Positions 60,473 to 64,000 of a DNA stretch of 64,000 nt are shown piece after piece. The position numbers and the translations under genes are program-made. This stretch comes from Gemmatimonadota bacterium (lineage in GTDB: Bacteria > Gemmatimonadota > Gemmatimonadetes > Gemmatimonadales > GWC2-71-9). Location of the stretch: positions 128,001 through 192,000 of the forward strand of contig JAZDCZ010000419.1 of NCBI GenBank assembly GCA_036679605.1. Direction: 5' to 3'. How positions within the stretch are numbered: position 1 is the stretch's first letter; each line of letters begins with the position of its first letter. The notes beneath the pieces were generated by a model. That model saw only the letters and a program-made list of their open reading frames with translations. It did not search any database and was not told the DNA's origin.

Positions 60473-62329
60473 ATGTGCGGGATCTACGGAATGGTGTCGC
60501 CCAGCGGTTCTCCACTCGGATGCCCTCAGGTCCTCGATACCATGGGGGCCCTGCTCCGACACCGCGGGCCTGATGCACACGGCGTCGTTCAATGTATCCA
60601 TGGCTCCATCGGCGCCGAGCGACTGCGTGTCATTGATCCGTCAACCGCCGGAGATCAACCGTTCATCGACCCGGCCGAACAAGTGTGGTTAGTGCTGAAC
60701 GGCGCAATCTATAACGCCCAGGAGATTCGACGGCGGTACCGCGATTATCCGTTTCGGTCTGCCTCAGATGCCGAAAGCTTGATGCCGCTCTACCTGGATC
60801 GCGGTTGCACCGGTTTTGCGGACGTCGATGGGATGTTCGCGCTCGCGATCTACGATCTCAGAACCAGGAAGCTGCTACTTGCTCGCGATCGCTCAGGAGA
60901 AAAGCCCCTGTTCTATTCGCATGTAGGGGATGAGATATGGTTCGCCTCCGAGATGCAGGCCCTGCTCAAGCCAGTGAAACAGCAGCGCGAGCTAGATCAC
61001 TATGCCCTAAGAGATTTCATAACGTTCGGATACGTCAGAGAACCTCGCACGATGTTCGCAGATATCAGTAAGGTCGAATCTGGAACTGCGATGCAGTTTT
61101 GTCGTGACGGAGTCCAAACTCAGCGGTACTGGAATCCCGATGTGATAGAAACTCAAGTGAATTCACCCCATGACGCAGTCCAGCAGCTGGATCATTTGAT
61201 CCGTGAAGCCGTTGCCAAGCAACTCACCGCCGACGTTCCTATCGGCGTGTTGACGAGCGGCGGGGTAGATTCGTCTCTCCTCGCCGCTGTCGCCGCCCAC
61301 ACGGCTGGTGCCGATAAGATCTGCACTCTGAGCGTCGGATTCGACGATCGACCATTCGACGAGAGTGTATATGCCCGGCAGCTCTCCACCCTGCTGGGGA
61401 CTCGGCATGTCGAGATTAGCGCCAGCGACGAGATGCTGCTCGATGCACTCCGAACGGTTACAACGGAGATGGCCGAGCCAATCTCCGATCCCGCAGTTCT
61501 CCCTACCCTTCTGCTGGCGAATGAAGCCAAGAAACACGTGACAGTGGTTCTGAGTGGCGAAGGGGCGGACGAACTGTTTGGTGGTTATCCGACATATCTC
61601 GGCCACCTGATGGCTCCGCACTACCAACACCTACCCAAGTTGATGCGCACGACGATAGATCAATTCGCTGCCTGGATTCCCCCCTCCCCTCAGCGTAAGG
61701 TATCCACCTCCCATCTATTCAAACGATTTGTCTCCGCCGCACGACTGCCGCTTGCAGAACGACACATTCAGTGGTTTGGAAGCCGACTCCATCCGCGTGA
61801 ACTACTTATCGACAATTCCGAACTTGAAGTATGGACGAACGATTTCCCATCAACGGGCGATCCTCTGCGACGGGCCATGCTATTTGACTACCGCACCTAC
61901 CTGCGCGACGATCTGCTTCCGAAAGTGGATCGGGCAACTATGCTTCGATCTGTCGAGGCACGCTCTCCTTATCTAGATGAGGCGGTGATTCGATTTGCGC
62001 TGGCACTGCAACCTTCGCTGAAGGTCCGGAGTATGACGACCAAGTGGCTATTGAAGCAGGTCGCCCGCAAGTGGCTGCCCCGTTCCATCGTGAACCGGCG
62101 CAAGCGAGGATTGAGTGTTCCGGTGTCCCAATGGATAAATAGCGGCCTGCGAGAAGAAGTAGACCGTCTCTTGGACCGGGAGCGGATTGCTGACCGGGGG
62201 CTGTTAGACGCGGGCCTGATACATCAACTTCTTTCACAGCACCGACGCGGCTCAGCTGACCACGGTCGGGCACTTTGGACAATCATCATCCTGGAGTATT
62301 GGTTCCAGCACTGGTTTGCGGAGGCATAA
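60473..62329 (+). CDS. asnB: Asparagine synthase (glutamine-hydrolysing) family amidotransferase
   Basis: MCG, HRGPD, SGGVDS, SGEGADE and E.RSP. Confidence 0.95.
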   Translation: MCGIYGMVSPSGSPLGCPQVLDTMGALLRHRGPDAHGVVQCIHGSIGAERLRVIDPSTAGDQPFIDPAEQVWLVLNGAIYNAQEIRRRYRDYPFRSASDAESLMPLYLDRGCTGFADVDGMFALAIYDLRTRKLLLARDRSGEKPLFYSHVGDEIWFASEMQALLKPVKQQRELDHYALRDFITFGYVREPRTMFADISKVESGTAMQFCRDGVQTQRYWNPDVIETQVNSPHDAVQQLDHLIREAVAKQLTADVPIGVLTSGGVDSSLLAAVAAHTAGADKICTLSVGFDDRPFDESVYARQLSTLLGTRHVEISASDEMLLDALRTVTTEMAEPISDPAVLPTLLLANEAKKHVTVVLSGEGADELFGGYPTYLGHLMAPHYQHLPKLMRTTIDQFAAWIPPSPQRKVSTSHLFKRFVSAARLPLAERHIQWFGSRLHPRELLIDNSELEVWTNDFPSTGDPLRRAMLFDYRTYLRDDLLPKVDRATMLRSVEARSPYLDEAVIRFALALQPSLKVRSMTTKWLLKQVARKWLPRSIVNRRKRGLSVPVSQWINSGLREEVDRLLDRERIADRGLLDAGLIHQLLSQHRRGSADHGRALWTIIILEYWFQHWFAEA

Positions 62330-62913
62330 TGATGACGCGTGATGAAGCTCTGGCCCTAATGCACGAATACACACCATCGGACGCGCTACGTAAACACATG
62401 TACTCAGTGGAAGCTGCCATGCACGCATACGCGGAGAAGTTCGGAGAAGATACCGCAGAGTGGGGTCTCGTGGGCCTACTGCATGACTTCGATTATGAGC
62501 GCTACCCCAACAAGGAGCATTCGGCCACTGAGGAGCACCCCGCATACGGAGTGGCTGTCTTGCGCGAACGCGGATTGCCTGAGCACATGTCCCAAGCGAT
62601 CCTCGGACACGCGACCTACACTGGAGTCAAGCGTGAGACGATGCTGGCGAAAAGTCTGTTCGCGGTGGACGAGCTGTGTGGATTCTTGGTTGCATGCGTT
62701 CTGGTACGGCCGTCCAGAAGTTTCTCCGACCTCAAGGTGAAGAGCATCAAGAAGAAATTGAAAGACAAGGGCTTCGCTCGGGGCGTCAATCGCAACGAAG
62801 TCTACCAAGGCACAGAGGAGCTAGGCGTACTGCTCGATGAACATATTCAATTCGTTATTGACGCGCTGAAACCGATCGAGAGTGATCTCGGGCTTGGTCA
62901 GCCGGCCACGTAG
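62329..62913 (+). CDS. HD-domain hydrolase
   Basis: RKH, LLHDFD and AVDEL. Confidence 0.88.
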   Translation: MMTRDEALALMHEYTPSDALRKHMYSVEAAMHAYAEKFGEDTAEWGLVGLLHDFDYERYPNKEHSATEEHPAYGVAVLRERGLPEHMSQAILGHATYTGVKRETMLAKSLFAVDELCGFLVACVLVRPSRSFSDLKVKSIKKKLKDKGFARGVNRNEVYQGTEELGVLLDEHIQFVIDALKPIESDLGLGQPAT

Positions 62914-62966
62914 GAATGACACCTCGGTCGGATCAACGCAATCGGTCTGTAGTGCGTAGGACTAGT

Positions 62967-63518
62967 ATGACGGATGCCGAACTCGCAGCCCGAGCACAAG
63001 CCGGGGACCGAGAGGCGTTCGGTGAGTTGGTGCAGCGTTACGCCGGCCAAGCCCGCCGGGTGGCGAGGGCGGCCTTGGGAAACGAAGCCGATGCAGACGA
63101 TGCCGCACAGGATGGTTTTCTAGCGGCGCTGCGCAATTTGGGGCGCTATGACCCCAAAAGACCTTTCGGCCCATGGCTGATGCGGATTGTCGCAAACGCA
63201 GCAACCGATAGGAGAAGAAGGCGGAAGGTCCGGGCCACGCAGGAGATACCTCCGCAGACTCCGTTCATGGGACCGGCAACTGACCGGGCAGCTCTACGCG
63301 GAGATTTTCGAGAAGCTCTCGAAAAGGCTCTGGCAGCGCTCCCGGAACGGCGTAGGCTGGCGGTAGTGTTGTTTGACGTTGAGGGATATTCGCACAAGGA
63401 GATCGGGGAGATTCTGAAAGCGCCAGTCGGAACCGTGCGGTCGGATGTGTTCCATGCCCGTCGCGCGCTGCGTACTGCACTTGGCAGATTCGAGGATTTG
63501 AAAGAGGAGATCATATGA
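62967..63518 (+). CDS. ECF RNA polymerase sigma factor
   Basis: GDREAF, DDAAQ, F.PWL.RI and EGYSHKEI; alternative start at 62916. Confidence 0.93.
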   Translation: MTDAELAARAQAGDREAFGELVQRYAGQARRVARAALGNEADADDAAQDGFLAALRNLGRYDPKRPFGPWLMRIVANAATDRRRRRKVRATQEIPPQTPFMGPATDRAALRGDFREALEKALAALPERRRLAVVLFDVEGYSHKEIGEILKAPVGTVRSDVFHARRALRTALGRFEDLKEEII

Positions 63519-63910
63519 AGGCGTCAGCGTTTGATCACCGACCAGATCGTGAGTTGGGTAAGGCTTTGAGAGCCATCCTGTCGGCAGAGGACGATGCAGC
63601 ATTCTCCAGTCGAGTCGTGGACAGGGTAGTGGAGCTACGAGTACAAGTGCCTAGTAGTGGTGAGCCGTGGGAAATATTGAGCCGCTGGGCCGGACCCGGA
63701 CTCGCTGCCGCCGCGTTAGGACTAGTGGCTGGTGCGGTTATTTGGGTTAGCGGTGTGGGGGTTGGGAACGACATCGCCGTGGTTAGCAATATCGCCCTTG
63801 GTGATCCGCTACAGCAGGTAGATGCGGCAGAGGTTCCGCCGGCTCTCCTGACAACGAATCAGATACCGGACGTGGATGCCTTTTTGGCCTTTTCACTCGA
63901 GAACCAATAA
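63515..63910 (+). CDS. Putative membrane anti-sigma factor
   Basis: ATGA overlap with the ECF gene; one TM segment. Confidence 0.65.
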   Translation: MKASAFDHRPDRELGKALRAILSAEDDAAFSSRVVDRVVELRVQVPSSGEPWEILSRWAGPGLAAAALGLVAGAVIWVSGVGVGNDIAVVSNIALGDPLQQVDAAEVPPALLTTNQIPDVDAFLAFSLENQ

Positions 63911-63960
63911 TGCTGGATGATTTCCTAGCTATCGCAGTCGCAATAAAGGTGGTGAAGTAA

Positions 63961-64000
63961 ATGCTCAATCGATCGAAGTTATGGGCGGTCCTCCTGCTGA
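63961..64000 (+). CDS. Start of a probable exported/membrane protein (truncated by window edge)
   Basis: ATG preceded by AGGTGG; MLNRSKLWAVLLL. Confidence 0.45.
   Translation, partial: MLNRSKLWAVLLL

Noticed and set aside
8688..64000. Numerous short antisense or alternate-frame ORFs overlapping core genes
   Set aside because: Shadow ORFs expected in GC-rich DNA, with no recognisable motifs.
1..64000. tRNA, rRNA, integrase or phage genes
   Set aside because: None recognised.

Overview
Bacterial chromosomal window of about 58% GC (estimated by eye). Gene content and style suggest Gemmatimonadota (inference). The first ~8.6 kb is accessory. It holds the distal part of a type I-E-like CRISPR array (32 identical 28-bp repeats, strict 61-bp period) that runs in register into a hybrid I-E/I-C repeat and then a full type I-C-like repeat; no cas genes are in the window. 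It also holds two Phd/VapC toxin-antitoxin pairs, an ECF sigma/anti-sigma/Spy-like trio, and a duplicated DUF1640-like gene plus leader bracketing a HAD gene and one TA pair. The rest is mostly core genome: SSS symporter and M28 peptidase, a degenerate GH38-like Tat protein, chelatase-type AAA and VWA, fused 2-oxoglutarate dehydrogenase (kgd-like), a SAM-II riboswitch with terminator ahead of metH and a yitJ-like gene, S41 protease, a MoxR/DUF58 cluster, and a sigma54 efflux/two-component locus whose two promoters share paired enhancer sites (one drives a Ser/Thr kinase). Then come minor pilins, SCO/CtaG, OPT, peptidases, a catalytically altered PolX-PHP, nth, an ArnT-like glycosyltransferase, asnB and a second ECF pair. 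All family assignments come from motif recognition, not database searches.
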